A DNA stretch of 64,000 bases from Octopus bimaculoides. Its lineage: Eukaryota. A program made the position numbers and the translations under genes. The DNA lies in the NCBI RefSeq assembly GCF_001194135.2, contig NC_068983.1:109273573-109337572 (forward strand). The letters run 5' to 3'. Shown piece after piece: positions 1 to 14,169 of this stretch (position 1 is its first letter; every line of letters starts with the position of its first letter). The notes beneath the pieces are model-generated. The model had not been told where the DNA came from and made no database searches. It worked only from the letters and a program-made list of their open reading frames with translations.

Positions 1-2943
1 TAAAATCAGAGGGTTATACATTTATCAGTGCAGAAGTTCATTTAATGATATATTATTCACTACATTAAGAACATTGTTTAAATTGCTTTCTCTTCATTTA
101 TTAAAGAATTACCAATGTATTTACTATTTATTTAATTTTTTGCTAGATTGTTTCACATCCATTTGACCAGCTACCATGAGTGGTATAGTTTTGGGAGATT
201 AATTATTTCTAAAGTTGGATGTCATTCTTATTACTTAGAGGACAAAAGTAAGTAGATTTATAGATGTTTTTCAAAGGGCAACACAATGGTGCTAGAAAGA
301 CTTGAACTTATAACCCTGTGATTAAAATAACAGTTCAACTTCACAAACATTTTCTCTCTCTTTCATAACAGTCGCTAACATACTATGCAAAATGTTGAAA
401 AATTTTCAAACTCCATCCTAAACTTACTTCTTTCTTCTATTCATAATTTTTCACAATAATCTAATTTCCCACAATAAACTCAGCATTGCTTAATGCTTAG
501 TGATTTTCACATTTCTTTTAATGCAAAAGTTAATATAACAGATTTTAATTTCATCTTATCATTGCAGACATCAATCAATTTTAATAAAATAACCTAAGTT
601 GAATTCTTAGGTTATACTAGACAACTTGACATTTCAATTTTTTTTTTGTTTGTACTTTTACAATCTACTTTTCACATTTAACCTCTTCATTTTGTGGAAA
701 TCAATTTAGAAAATTATTCTGTCAACTACATACAAATTCTGTGTTCATAATAGAAGAAAAATTTGGTGTTGGTTATGCTTCACTGGAAAGTGAAAAAAAT
801 GCCAAAATGTACGTCTCACATTGATATTACTTTTTGTAGCTTGACATATCAATAAAATATATTGGGCGTAAACCGAAGCCAAAAATGAAACAGTTTGAAG
901 TTTATTAGTATATATTGTTCAAATATGATCTGCTAAACCACACTCAAAAGCTAGTTGATAAATGAGTTCATAAATAGCATTAATCAGGAAATATCTGTGA
1001 CTGAAAAATTTGTTCTTAATTTTTTTTTTTTATTTGACATAACCAATATCAAGTTTACTGCCCACTGTTTATTAAATTTACTCTTTCTGTCATTTTAAAT
1101 ATAATCATAAAACTTTCAATTAATAAAACAAAAATATTGTTAAAATGTCTTTTTGATAATGATACATAACATGATATAAAAAGAGAAATATAGATTATAA
1201 AATTATTCTTCATGTTATATAAAATATTAATGATGCATCTCATAAGATTTCAGTTATGGAAGATAAATATTAAAGGAATATGGATTAAAAGATTTTATTT
1301 GAAAGTAACTAAATATCTGAAAGCAATTTCTGCAAGATAAATAACATCATCAATCAGCAAGCAAACTGATATTATGAAAGAAAAAAGGAAGTATATGTCA
1401 TTTAGTTAACACTAGGTATGGATATGCACATTAAAAGAGATGTTCTTCTGTACATAAGGAATTAAATAAATCTTAATATAATTATGAAAGAAATAATTAG
1501 AGGTATTTCTTTATGTCATAGTGTATTGAATAAACCATAGGCTCTTTGAATGGATCATCTATCATTAGCACCAACGATCAATTTTTTAAAACTTATAATG
1601 AGTTGCCTCAGCTTGCAACAAGGCAGATCACATCCTCATATCACCCTGTTTGTAACACTCACATTTCAAGACTTGACTTCACTGCTTTTTCCTAGCACTT
1701 GCCATCTATTTGCATCACGTACCAGTCTCTCTTGACTAAACCAACTTAAGTCACTAATGCAAGCTGCTCCATTATATCACCTGTGCTCTATACTTTACTC
1801 AAACTAATGCTTTACATCCAGCAATTCATAATTTACTCATTCTCTTTAACATCTGCAAATCTACATTCAATGTTTGTGAATCACTTCCATGTATTAAACT
1901 GTTCAGTCATGCTTTTATATACTCTTTTTTTTTCCACAAATATGAAAACCCCCTTCTATTATCTGAGCCTCAAACCATCATTTTTCTCACTTTACTTTCA
2001 TTACAATATTTTTTCATGACAATGACCTTTCCTAAAAAGGAGATGCTTAAATACTAGAGATTTTTACCCATGACTAGTGACAAACATGAGCAGTTTTTAG
2101 AATTTTGAATTCTATTTATTGCTCCCACTTCAAATTATTTTTGGGACTCTGAAGTAATGGTTTCTTATTAGTCAGTCATAAATTCTTTAATGCATTTTGT
2201 AAATGTGTTGCGTCTTTATGTACAACATATTAGAGTCATTCTAACTCTGTTTCTATATATCATATAAGGTCACTTTCCAAATAATACAAGAATTTGTGAT
2301 CATCTCTATTTCTAATTAATACTTTGGCCTTTACCATGTTGACATTCACATTTTTGAATTCTAATGCATTTTCAAGCTTATTTGGCTGATTCAACAATGA
2401 GAAGCAGGAACTCAGAATATAAAAAGGTCGTTCAGTTTATATTACAGGTCTTCAGGTCCAAAATTAGTTATTGTCAGCTATAAAAGGAACACTTACAATG
2501 CTTGCATTTACATTCTAATGATAATGTTGATGTCTAATAGTCATTAGGTGCCTTAATCTAGAATATAGAAATTGTTCTTATAGATTTTGAATGAGGAACC
2601 TTCATTTCTAATAATCATACTTGTACTGTTTAGAAATGTAAAAGCTACCAGGATTATATTTAAAGATGTAGGATGGGCATAATTAAAAGAATTCATTGTC
2701 AATTCAAACCATGTTCATGTACTAACATATAAGGCAAGCTTTGGATGTGCAATGCACTGGGGTAATATGCACTGAAAATAGACTCTCTTAAATATTCAGT
2801 AGGCTCACTGGAAGTAGTCAACTTCTATTATTTAGTGATATACTTAGCAGAAGATTGAATTGCTCAGACAGTATAGTGGCCAGGGTTGAAGGAAATTCAG
2901 AAAGCTACTACCTCTGCTGTCAATACAGATCTTTTCCCTTAAA

Positions 2944-3330
2944 TTGATGAGCATATTATATGATGTCTGTGTTAAAATCGCTATGCTGCAAGATAATAAG
3001 ATGTTGACCTTGAATAGAGAAGACTTGCAAAGACTAGAAAGAAATGAAGTAGGCATGTTTCATTGGATTTGTAATGTTACTAAGCATGTGCGCAAGAATA
3101 CAAATGATCTTATTGCAAAACCAGATATAAGGGGAATCAGGTGTTGTGCAGAAGAGACAAGGCTACACTGGTATGGGCATGTGATGCACATGGGGATTGA
3201 TTGCTGCAGAAGGGAGTGTCAAGCACTCCAAGTTAGTGAAACCCATGAAAGAGAGAAACCAGGACGGATTTGTGATGAAGTCTTGCTTCTGCAGCTCAGA
3301 AAGATGACAAACGATCTGACTGACTGGTGA
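2944..3330 (+). mobile_element. RTE-type LINE, decayed C-terminal RT region
   Basis: ORF reads LQRLERNEVGMFHWICNV...IRGIRCCAEETRLHWYGHVMHM. This parallels the better-preserved copy at 20205-20409 (RKLARNEASMLRWMCNV...ERRLRWYGHVV). Confidence 0.75.
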
Positions 3331-4160
3331 TATACAGTGCCATCTAACCATGGCAACATATGCTATAGCTCAAGGGTTGTATATAGACACAGTAAAATGT
3401 GTATCCTGTCAGAAATATATTTGTTGGAACCCTCAACTCACATCCTTGAACCATCTATCTACCTATTACTCAGCTCCCTTCGTGATTGCCTCTATAGCTC
3501 TCATTCACTAACCCCCTATGCTGGCTGCACCATCCTTACCACTCTCTCTACTTGCTCTTCAGCAAACCTATATGTAGGAGACTGCATTAGATCACTATCT
3601 TCTGGCCCTCTCATCCAATAGAATCAAATTTTACCATACTGAAGTTAATGCCAGCCTTCTCTCCCCTCTAAGTCACATTTATTGCCACTCTTCACATACT
3701 GTTGCATTTATCTTATCACCCACCTCAATATTTATCCACTTCTATTGTCTATCACTTACCTACTCTTACTTACTCTCACCTTTGTCTTAACACCTATCTT
3801 TACCTTTATCATCTCTCCCTCCCAACTTCTTCCCATCATATATTTGTTCTTTACCCCCTCGCATCCAGCCCATCTGATGTCATTGTTTCTACTTTTTCTT
3901 TCTTTTCAGTATCCCCTGGATTGGTCACCTCTACAGACAGATATGCCCTAAATTATTAAGTACTCCCTAGCATCTACTTTTAATACCCTAACCCATTTAT
4001 GGCTTTTCTGCCATTGTTGCTCCCTTTCTGAATTTACTTTTACTGTGTACAAGGACCCCTACCTACAGTTCATATGGTAAAAGTTTTGGCAAAAATGAGC
4101 TGAGAAAATGTGTCTCACCAAAGACTATTCAGCATCTCTAGTGTTGCTGTCATGAAAAAA

Positions 4161-4339
4161 TGCAACCAATGCACTCTGTGAAGTGGTTGGCATTAGGAAA
4201 GGCTTACAGCCATAAAAACTAAGCCAGATGATACGTAGACTTTGGGAGTTGAAGCTTCTATTAAGTGATGACTGAGACTGACAACCAGCCAACCCAAACT
4301 GGCATAGAAAGATGATGATGATGATGATGATGATGATGA
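4161..4339 (+). mobile_element. RTE-LINE 3' UTR/tail fragment ending in (GAT)n
   Basis: cactctgtgaagtggttggcattaggaaaggc...ggcatagaaagatgatgatg is a diverged match to the tails at 20700-20873 and 40471-40656. Confidence 0.65.
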
Positions 4340-4589
4340 AAAAGAACCAAAAGAGTGTGAATTTTCATAAAACTAAATAATATTAATGCTGTATGATTCA
4401 CAATGAGTTTGAATAAATGTGACATCACTCCACCACATCATAACCACTGCTACCACCACTGCTGCTGCCACGAAGCCACCAGCACAACAGTGAGGACAAT
4501 TACCAGCACCACCATCATCACCATCATTACCATCATTTTTTACATTGGTTTTTGCATGTTTGGTTGTTAAAATTAGATCATTTGTGCAA

Positions 4590-6420
4590 TGTGTCTTTCA
4601 GCATCTCCTTCATGATGTTCAGCTTCTTTAGATTAACTTTTCCCCACTTCTTCCAATTTCTAGCTGGCTCTTCCTCTTCCAAAAGTTCCTTTCACTTGGA
4701 TCACTTACCACCTTTTTAATCAACTGACATCCTCTATATGAATCATATGTCAATACCAATTTATTTCTCCCACTCAAATGCTTACATTTGATCCCAATCA
4801 CATCCAGTTTTTCTCTCAACACATTTATACTATGCCATTCATGCCCACAAACATTACATATCCATCGGAGCATTCTTGGTTCATTTCTTTTGTAACCTTT
4901 GCACATATACTGTATTCAAAGGACCTGTTTTGCTATCATATGACATTGCACTTTGTGCATAAACATCATAGAGATTTCCTTTGCTTCTCCCATCTACATG
5001 TATTGCTGATCAGGTTACCTAGGTAGCAAAACCTCCTTCTAAGATACCTTTAAGCATTTGAAAAAACTTCTATTTCATGAGAACTTACACTGCTAAGTAT
5101 TCATTATACATGCAACAAATAAACTTCTTTTTATTCCCGGTTAGCCTGAATGGGATTCCATTGCTTCTCTTGAGCACCTATGATTTATGCTTAGCACACA
5201 ATACAGAGTCCTTACCTTCTCCTTTTCTGCATGTTGACCAAGCCACTCTTCTAGTGGTAGTGGAGCTGATTTTTTCCTGCGAACTAATACATAAGTATTT
5301 GCTAGGTCTACGTTGAGGTCTTGCAATTCTAGACTTTGGTCTCACATCTAGAATTTATTCTTTAATTTTTTTGATAATCCACCCTGAGAACTATGCCATT
5401 GATATACAGAAGTTTCCTTCAACAACTGTTTTAAACTCTATTATGGCCCATAGAACCACAACAAGCAAAGACAGTTAATAACTGAGCTCTGATGGAGCAT
5501 ACAATACTCATCATTGAAGTCATTGCCAACTCTCCACTTTACTAATGACATCACTACACATAGCATGCACAAGTTTCACAAACTATCCATCTACACCTTG
5601 AACACAAGGCTACAGAATGTTGTATCCTGTAAAAAGCCATCTCCAGGTTTTAAAAAATTCTATGCAGAGAGCCTAAGGAATTCTCCTATAGTTATCTAAC
5701 TAGAAAGAGATTATCACTTGTACCCCATATTCATGCAAACCTGAACTGCATCTCACCTAAGCTAATTCTCTTCCTAATAACAAGTGCTAAAGAATTTCAG
5801 TTACGTTTACAACCTGGTCCATCAATTTGATGTCACTGCCTCTTTCTAGAGTCACTTTGTTTCCCAAGTAACATTTGATGATGATTTTACTATACCAATT
5901 ATTGACTGTAACACCAGTCTTTACTGAATGACTAAGCAAATAACCTAGTATGTGACCGACTTTGGTGGATATTTCTAGAGTCTCAAAAACTGTCCCCAAC
6001 AGTCCAACTGTTTTCCTTGCTTTCATATCCTTAATGGCCATTTCACCCATATAGATATCATCTTCAGTAGCAGGTTCCTTTGTAGGCTCTGTCTCCATCA
6101 GACCCTTCTCTCCTGAGTTTTCTCTTCCTTCAGTAACCTCTCATGATAACATTTCCATAATGCTTTCTACTTGGCACCAATGAGTGCAAGTGTACCACCA
6201 TGATTCCTTATATACATTTCTCTGCATTTCTTTGACATCTTGTTTCACATTTTCACATTGATACACTATTTTGTCATCCAGAACTCTTTTTGCTTCAAAC
6301 TTTATCACAGAGCATTGGCAAATTCCTTTCAACTTCTATCCTCACAATGTATACCAGCCATCAAAATTCACTCCTAGTTATCTGAGATTGCATCTTGTTC
6401 CCATTTTCTTGTAATATTTG
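4590..6420 (-). mobile_element. decayed RTE-type LINE (RT region, many stops and frameshifts)
   Basis: Minus-strand pieces are collinear with the 30690-32330 element: EMAIKDMKARKTVG, GEMQFRF..GTSDNLFLVR, a relic Cys finger (STCRKGEGKDSVLC...RLTGNKKKFICC) and RNEPRMLRWICNV...VLREKLDV. Confidence 0.75.
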
Positions 6421-6856
6421 CAAGCCTGTCTTTTAGTTTTTAAGGCTCTAATGGCAGTACTATTCCACAGCCATGGTGCCTTCTGTTTGGCTGGAATATT
6501 GCTCCATCCACAGATCTGGTGTCTGGCTTACAGAAATTGTCTCATCACAACTTCAGGTTGTTTTCTATGTTATAAGTGTCTAACGTCACTTCCTTATCAT
6601 CTACATGAATTGGCTGACTTGTGGCTTGAAACACATAAATATATATTTTGATGTCAACATTTTTAATGAAATAAATTAAGAAGTCAATGAATACAAGAAG
6701 ACAAATTAAGGAAAATGGATTTATAATTAAAACAAAAAGAAGCTCCTTGTCGGTGATGGTGCAAGAGTAATAAATATCTCACTTCACCTCTTACACTAAT
6801 TACTTTATGAAATAAAGATAATGATTACGTCCAACCACTTCTCTGAAGAAATAGAA

Positions 6857-6860
<4 letters not shown>

Positions 6861-6908
<48 letters not shown>
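6861..6908. repeat. (TG)n microsatellite
   Basis: Uninterrupted TG run. Confidence 0.95.
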
Positions 6909-6912
<4 letters not shown>

Positions 6913-8235
6913 CACATGTGTCTGTGACGGAGAGAGAGAGAGTGACAGACAGACAGGAGATGGGGAGGAAGAGAGAGTTGCTTTCTGAGAAACACATATA
7001 TCATCTGGAGTTGTACTACTGACTCAGGTTATTTTCCCCACATATTCTCGACATGTAAGGCAATGTCAGTTGATCTGCATTTCCAAAGGAGTTTCAATAT
7101 GTTCACTCAACTTTGGAAATAGAAGTGAAATCCCCCTCAAATCACATCTTATCAAATAAACGATATACAAAACGTCAATGATGACACAACCAGAACATCT
7201 TTCATCATAAATTTGCTTGACAAGCATTGATCTGGAACTAAATAACAAAGTTTACTTCAAGTCAAGAAAGAAAAAAAAACTCTTGAGCACTGGAGACTCT
7301 AGAAATAGCAGTTAAATTTCCCTGAAATCACACCCAAACATCTTAAATTATCAAAAGGTACATTGACACATTAGACAATATAGTTCAAAATAAAAATAAA
7401 AAAAACAACTACATGTGTGTGTGTGTGTGTGTGTGTGTACCTGTATTCCATAATCACTAGTCTGACAAAATATGTAACTGGACTAACATTTATGGATTAA
7501 ATATCTTTCCAATCTCAGGCTTAAGTTTGAGCACTTTATTCTAAATGACCAAACATAGCTTCGTTTTGAACTTTCCTGGAATAGTGTGAATGTGATAAAG
7601 TTAAGAAATATGTATGGGAGACAATATTTCTACTAGCATTATTAACTTTTTATCTATTGTTTATATATTTCATTATTCTTATTGTTTCATATTTCAAAAA
7701 CAATTCTTTAAAAGTATAATATCATAACTATATATGCTCAATATTCAAAAGATATTTTAATGTGAAGAAATTTCTATCTAGTATATTTATATGAATATTT
7801 ATCTAAAAAGCTGAGAAAACTATCATAATTTAATTTATAATAATATCATTTATAATATATAGGAATTAAAACTAACATACAATGTTATTTATAGATATTA
7901 CTACACACCATATAATGTAAAATTTTTAAGATAGAAGCATATTTAATCTGTTTATGATAGAATGTTGCATTTTTATCAGCCCTCATAATATAATGTAAGT
8001 TATATTCATATCATTTGCTCCAATGAAATTCAAAACTGATATTATCTTGTTATTGCTCATGAATAATATTAAGTGCTAGTTTAATATTGCGAATTTAGTC
8101 CTACACTTCTTTACAATGATACTGAATATATTATTAACATATTAGATATGTTTATATTAAAAAAAGGGCAGTTTTCATACAGATTTAATTGTGGTATTAT
8201 TAATTATGATGTGGCAGTTAACTGGTAGAAATATT

Positions 8236-8447
8236 GGTTACAAATTTTGGCACAGTACCAGCAAGTTCAGAGAAGGGTGTGAGCCAATTACATTGACCCC
8301 AGTGCTCAACTGGTTTTTATTTTATCGATACTGAGGGTATGAAAGGCAAAGATGACATTAACAGAATTTGAACTCAGAACATGAAGACAAACAAAATACC
8401 ACTAAGCATTTTGCCTGACATGTTAATGATTCTGCCATCTCACTGCC
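8236..8447 (-). mobile_element. tRNA-derived SINE, family B (core resembles Nin-domain SINEs)
   Basis: Minus strand reads ggcagtgagatggcagaatc...gagttcaaattc (B box)...tttgcctttcat...gataaaataaaaaccagttgagcactggggtcaatgtaattg. At least five related copies occur in the window. The Nin-domain label is from recall and is unverified. Confidence 0.75.
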
Positions 8448-8871
8448 CAAACTGGTAGAAATATTAAAGCTAGATAGACTAAATGTCTAATACTTAATCT
8501 CATATTCTGAATTTAAATCATTTTGATGAGAACTTTGCCTTTTGTTCTGAGTTTGATCAAAATACATAATAGTATACCTTGGAAATCATCCAGCCCCCAC
8601 TGGAATGTGCTTATGGATGAAATTGATTCTATGAATTATTGTACATTATAAACAAATACATTTAGTATTAGACAGTGAATATTTTAATGGTCTGGTAGTT
8701 TAGAGATGTTTTCAAAAGGCATTATAATTGACATATAACACTACAGTTTTAAAATTTCTCCCTTATTTTGAATGATAGTATAATGGGTAAATTCCTTCAT
8801 AAAGTATAATTCTAAATTTATGAACATTATTTGCTATTCTTAACTATAGATTCTCTTTCTCTCTCTCTCTT

Positions 8872-9102
8872 TTTCTCTTTTACTTGTTTCAGCCATTTGA
8901 CTGCGGCCATGCTGGAGCACCGCCTTTAGTCAAGCAAATCAAACCCAGTACTTATTCTTTGGAAGCCTAGTACTTATTCTATTGGTGTCTTTTGTCAAAC
9001 CGCTAAGTTACGGGGATGTAAACACACCACCATCAGTTGTCAAGCGATGTTGGGGGGACAAACACAGACACACAAACATATACACACACATACATACATA
9101 TA

Positions 9103-9139
<37 letters not shown>

Positions 9140-9307
9140 GACAAGCTTCTTTCAGTTTCTGTCTTCTAAAACTAAATCCACTCACAAGGCTTTGGTCGGC
9201 CCAAGGCTACAGAAGAAGTCACTTGCCCAAGTTGCTACACAGTGGGAATGAACCTGGAACCATGTGGTTGGTAAGCAAGCTACTTACTACACAGTCACTC
9301 CTGCACC
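8872..9307 (-). mobile_element. tRNA-derived SINE, family A (octopus OK/OR-like), with internal (TA)n/(CA)n
   Basis: Minus strand has the head gcaggagtgactgtgtagtaagtagcttgcttaccaaccacatggttccaggttcattccc and the tail gctccagcatggccgcagtcaaatggctgaaacaagtaaaaga. Closely similar to 23911-24334. Confidence 0.85.
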
Positions 9308-11511
9308 TACATTTTTAATTAATTATAAAGAAATGTCTCGTAAATAACATAGCTAGCAAAAAATATGTTCCCATTTTAACTTCACATCAAATAACAAAAT
9401 AAAATTTAAACTATTTTAATCTCTGTTTGTAATTTTTTTTCTCTCTCAGAAGTAAATTATTCCTTGTAATACCTTTTATAGACAACAGCTTTTCAGAGAC
9501 TCTCAAAAGATGGAAGATGCTGCATTTGATAATACTATAAGAAAGAGATAATGTGAGCAGAATTAAGCTGCCCATAAAACTGCAAAAAATATTATGAAGT
9601 TTAATTTACTACAATTAACTATTCATTCTTAAATTTTAATTAATTCTTAATTAAGATGTTTAAAATGCAATTTAGAAAGTGATCAGTCAGAAAAGTGCAT
9701 GTAACATGAATTGATACCAATTTACTAAGTGTCCACTGTTATTTTAATATTGCAACACAATTCTTTTTAAATAGGATGCATTTAGTTCAAAGAATTCAAC
9801 CAAAGCAAGGAGAAAACATTTATTTGATGAATTGCTAACTAATGGGGAAATTAATTATATTTCCAGCTGTTTGCTAAAAATCACTTTCGAATTACAATAA
9901 AATTAGTTCCTTTTTAAATAAATATCTTTAGATTTAGAGTTAGAAATGAATTTAAATCAAATAAAACATTAAATATAATTTGTAATTTAAGGATGACAAC
10001 TAAAATAAAATAATATAGAATTAGTTCACAACAAAAACATTTTCTCCCTCTTTCTTGAATTTGAGTCTTCTTTAAATTCAAGAAACTGCTTATCAGAGAT
10101 TTATTCCATACTTAACTCTATTAATTGTTATGCCTAACAACTGACAAGAAAGCATAGATTTATGTAGTTATGTAATGATAAAGAAATATTTTTAATCCCC
10201 ATGTCACTACTTAGGCTACAAAAAATGCATTAACATTTTATGTCAAAATAGCTCATATATAATATGTACTAGTATGTTTTCCAGAAGCTATTCTTGTTTC
10301 CAAATACTTGTTCTTCCAAAATATATATGCCGCTTTAAAATTTTTATTGAAGCACTTTTGCATTATAAATTGGAGTTTGTATTTGTTATTATTATTGTTT
10401 AGCCTCAAGTCAACTTTGAACTAAGCAGACCAATGGTGTTTCAACCATCGTCATCAAGTCTTTTAGAGTAATAAAGAAGACATCAAGCACTGTGTTACTT
10501 TTCTAGGATGTAATTTGAGGGATATTTGGTTGATATTTTTAGTAGGTTGATTAACAAGAGGATGTTTTGTCTTGGGCAATATTCATAAACAATATGATTG
10601 TTCAAAAAAAGAAAATCTGGTAGAATAGATAAGTCTCATATATATATTCAAAATTTTGGTAAGGTTCAATAAAATATGTATAAATTTATATACTGGTGTT
10701 TACAGCTGTAATCTCATGTCACAATTTATCTTTAGTTAGATTTTGATCAAAAGTGTAATGGGTAATTTCATTGTTACTAAAAGGGTTACAATGATATATT
10801 TGATGTCTATGATGTATACATCATCTTTAACCAGACAGGTACTACCTTCAACTTCTCATCATGTATTAAAGGGTTTTAACTTCATAGGAAAATGGACTTA
10901 GTGTTAATATCAGAATTGAGATAAATTAATTCCTAAAAATAAAATAAAAATTTAAATGTATAATATAATCAAATTATGAACACTAATAAATATAAAAATA
11001 AAATGATTATAAAATAGCTAATGTATGTGCAAATGAGTAAATATTTTGAAGCAAAATAATTCTTCTTTTTTTATTCATTTGTTTATTAGTTTTGTTTAAA
11101 AGACAAAACAAAATCAACATAATCTAATTATTGAACAGAGTTAAAGAAGTTCTGTAATTGTGTTTTGACTGAGTAAAATTTTGAAGCATATGAGGTTATT
11201 TTCCTCAATTTCTAAATGTCTAATGACTGACTTTAAAGTTATGGATCACTCTAAAAAGTATTCTGATTTTATACTGTTTGGATTGCTGATATATATTATC
11301 AAGCAAGATATACAACCGCTTCAAATTTTGTCAATAACATATTAGGACAGGACAGTCAAATGAACAGGTTGGGTCAAGAAAAGACAGGTGTCAGGAACAG
11401 ATGTTTCACACACTTGAAGTTTGGAATTTCACAGTAAAGATAGAACAACATTTTGATTTGATTTATTATTTTGTTTAACAATTTACTGCAACTGCTAGCT
11501 ATTTTATATGG

Positions 11512-11832
11512 AAGCAATGATAAGTGACTGAGACCTTTGGTTATATGCTGTACTTGAGAAGAAGACCTATCAAGCCAAGTGAAATCATAGTCATGGTAGA
11601 TACTGATGTCACACAACTAGCACCCATGCTGGTGGCACGTAAAAGCACCCATGCTGGTGGCATGTAAAAGCACTCATTACACTCTCAGGGTGGTTGGTGT
11701 TAGGAAGGGCATTCAACCATAGAAACCATGCCAAATCAGACTGGAGTCTGGTACTGTCCCTCAGCCTTGGTCAAGTCATCCAGACTATGCCAGCATGGAC
11801 AGCAAATGCTAAATGATGATGATAATGATGAT
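11512..11832 (+). mobile_element. RTE-LINE 3' end (end of ORF plus 3' UTR and (GAT)n tail)
   Basis: gtgactgagacctttgg...gagaag...caagccaagtgaaatc...cacgtaaaagcaccc...ggttggtgttaggaagggcatt...atgatgatg matches the other RTE tails. Confidence 0.85.
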
Positions 11833-12839
11833 GAAATTATTGCTGTTAATGGATGCAACTGACAGACAATGAACTTACCATTCTTGTGTTTTGTTTACAT
11901 ACACATTATTCATAAATTATTATTTATGACCCAAACAGAGAACCACAAACACTCAAAAGTAACACACAACTTCTGATCTCCATCACTAGCTTCCCTTTCA
12001 AGATTAATTCCCTTGGCTATTGAGCTTTGCATGGATATCACGGTAGAACTCTCAGTCTCAGATAACATGCTCCTCTCTTGTATTTTTGATTTATTCTTTT
12101 ACATACCCCTCCTCTTCATTCATTCACTGCCAATTTCCATAAGATCTAGCAGGATAGGCTCACTTGACAACTGGTATCATTCTTATTCTTGCTGTCATTA
12201 TCAGATATTATACACCATTCTTTTATATCTCCATTCTTCTATCATATTTGTGTCTGCTCCATTCAACTTCCCTTTCTTAATTTCATATCAAATGTCACAA
12301 TAAACTCAGCAAGAGTACCAGAGTAATGCTTTCATTTCAGTCAATATCTAGCCTTCTCTTCTATTTTCCCTATATGTTCATCCTCTACATGTCTCTCTTT
12401 CTTCTCTCTCTCCTCATTACCCTATAATATCTCTAATATCATTTACCCACACATTTCTTTCTTTGCCATCTTTTTTTGTTTCATGTGTTCTCTCTTCTCC
12501 TCCACTCTTCCTTTTTATCCATATAAATTGCTGTGATATATAACAGTAATTTTAAGCATTGTAGTCTGTAATTGGACTTTTGTATATGGAAGACACGGTC
12601 TCTGTAAGTTACAGTGGAAACAATACATCTTGGAGAACAAAAACTCAGAATAAAAATTGAGATTGTGAGGAAAAGAAACTTTAGCCTGGACAGGAAGCCT
12701 CCTTGAGGTTGGTGGCACAATGAAAATCACACCCAGTTTATGTTGTCAAATGGTTAGTGATAAGAAAGGCATTCAGCTAATTGATGTTAGACTCATTCAA
12801 CGGGCAAATTCTATAAGAATAAAAAAAGGATAGAAAACA

Positions 12840-13290
12840 TTCAGAGAGCTACTACCTTTGCTGACAACAAGTGGAGTTTTGCTCTGAACAAAGAGTAGAC
12901 TGTGCAAACCTTGTTGATGAATGGTGATGCAAATGCAGTAAAGAGACATGAACACTAAAAGCAGAAGTTGTGCTTAGGCTTGAAAGAAATGAATCTAGAA
13001 TGATCTGTTGGCAGGCTAAGGTGGAGTACATGAACAATGAGATACATATGAACAAAGAGAAAAACTGTATAATAAGAATAAGATGTTGTGTGCAAGACAG
13101 ACAAGTGCACTGGTAAATCTATGTAGATAATGAGTGATGGACAAAAATTACCAGGAGGTATAATATACAGTAGAAGGAATCAGTGATAGATCAAAGACAA
13201 AAATTTAGTCTTATAAAATTGGCAAGTGTTTGTAGCTCATTTCAGGAGGCTAACCTCACAAAAGAGTTGACAAAGGAATGCAAAATGTGC
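12840..13290 (+). mobile_element. highly decayed RTE RT C-terminal relic
   Basis: aggcttgaaagaaatgaatctagaatgatctgttgg (RLERNESRMICW) and gatgttgtgtgcaagacagacaagtgcactggt are collinear with 32065-32210. Confidence 0.5.
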
Positions 13291-13856
13291 AAGAACATTG
13301 TGTTGGAAAAGATTTATTCAACACATGCAAGAATGCAAAAATGGATGCAAAAACAGTGATGATGATATCACTGTGGTTGCTGCTACCATTGCCAATGCTA
13401 GCTGCAGTAACATAGATAATGGTAGTAGTAAATCTAAATCTTACTATAAGACTAAATTTCAGGTAATGGGAATGTATAGCAAATTTTTTAAAAAGATATG
13501 CTTAAACAATTATATGAATTTCTGCAAAGATGCCAAATTTAAGGATACAGTCAGTCTATGATGGCATAAAAAAGAGTAAATATCATTATAAGATAATTTA
13601 CTTCTGTATAATCAAGCAGATATGATTACAAAAAATAATCAGTGATGTAACTACCCACTTTTACATCAGGATAAGATGAAAATAAATGAAATCTTTCCTT
13701 TTGGATATACACTTACGCTTAAGTACAATTAATAAAACATCTGGAAGCATGTAAATCTAAGCACTTATTTTCTTTTAAGGAAATATAGAAAGGCTGAAAA
13801 TAAGATACAACTGTTTAGTAATGCATACAAACAAACACGTGTGTGAATATATTTAT

Positions 13857-13859
<3 letters not shown>

Positions 13860-13906
<47 letters not shown>

Positions 13907-13951
13907 TTATAAATATATATATGTATAAATTTATGCAATAATGATGCATAC

Positions 13952-14008
<57 letters not shown>

Positions 14009-14140
14009 AGAGAGAGAGAGAGAGAAATATATATATAGATGTATATATACATATATATATGATATATATATGTGTGTGCGTGTGTGTATGTGTGTGTGTG
14101 TGCGTGCATGCATATATATATATATATATATATATATACA
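13860..14140. repeat. compound microsatellite (CA)n/(TA)n/(GA)n/(TG)n
   Basis: Successive dinucleotide runs are directly visible. They explain several spurious ORFs in the track. Confidence 0.9.
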
Positions 14141-14169
14141 TGATGCATATCTTTTAATAACACCTAGAT

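Noticed and set aside
239-247. Possible 9-nt microexon (ttacttag|AGGACAAAA|gtaagt)
   Set aside because: Such matches are expected by chance in AT-rich DNA and there is no supporting gene context.
584-609. Hairpin taacctaag-ttgaatt-cttaggtta
   Set aside because: A 9-bp AT-rich stem is within chance expectation for 64 kb.
1560-2050. Possible LINE C-terminal relic on the minus strand
   Set aside because: No motif is clear enough to support a call.
2377-2426. Possible 50-nt exon (YLADSTMRSRNSEYKK)
   Set aside because: Weak AAG acceptor, weak donor and an unrecognised peptide.
3400-3990. Possible Penelope GIY-YIG relics here and at about 11950-12450, 42090-42450 and 61330-61650
   Set aside because: Only faint CS..LYVG-like traces and pyrimidine-rich tails. 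Too decayed to call without an HMM search.
9481-9550. Possible terminal exon (QQLFRDSQKMEDAAFDNTIRKR*)
   Set aside because: No recognisable homology and no partner exons.
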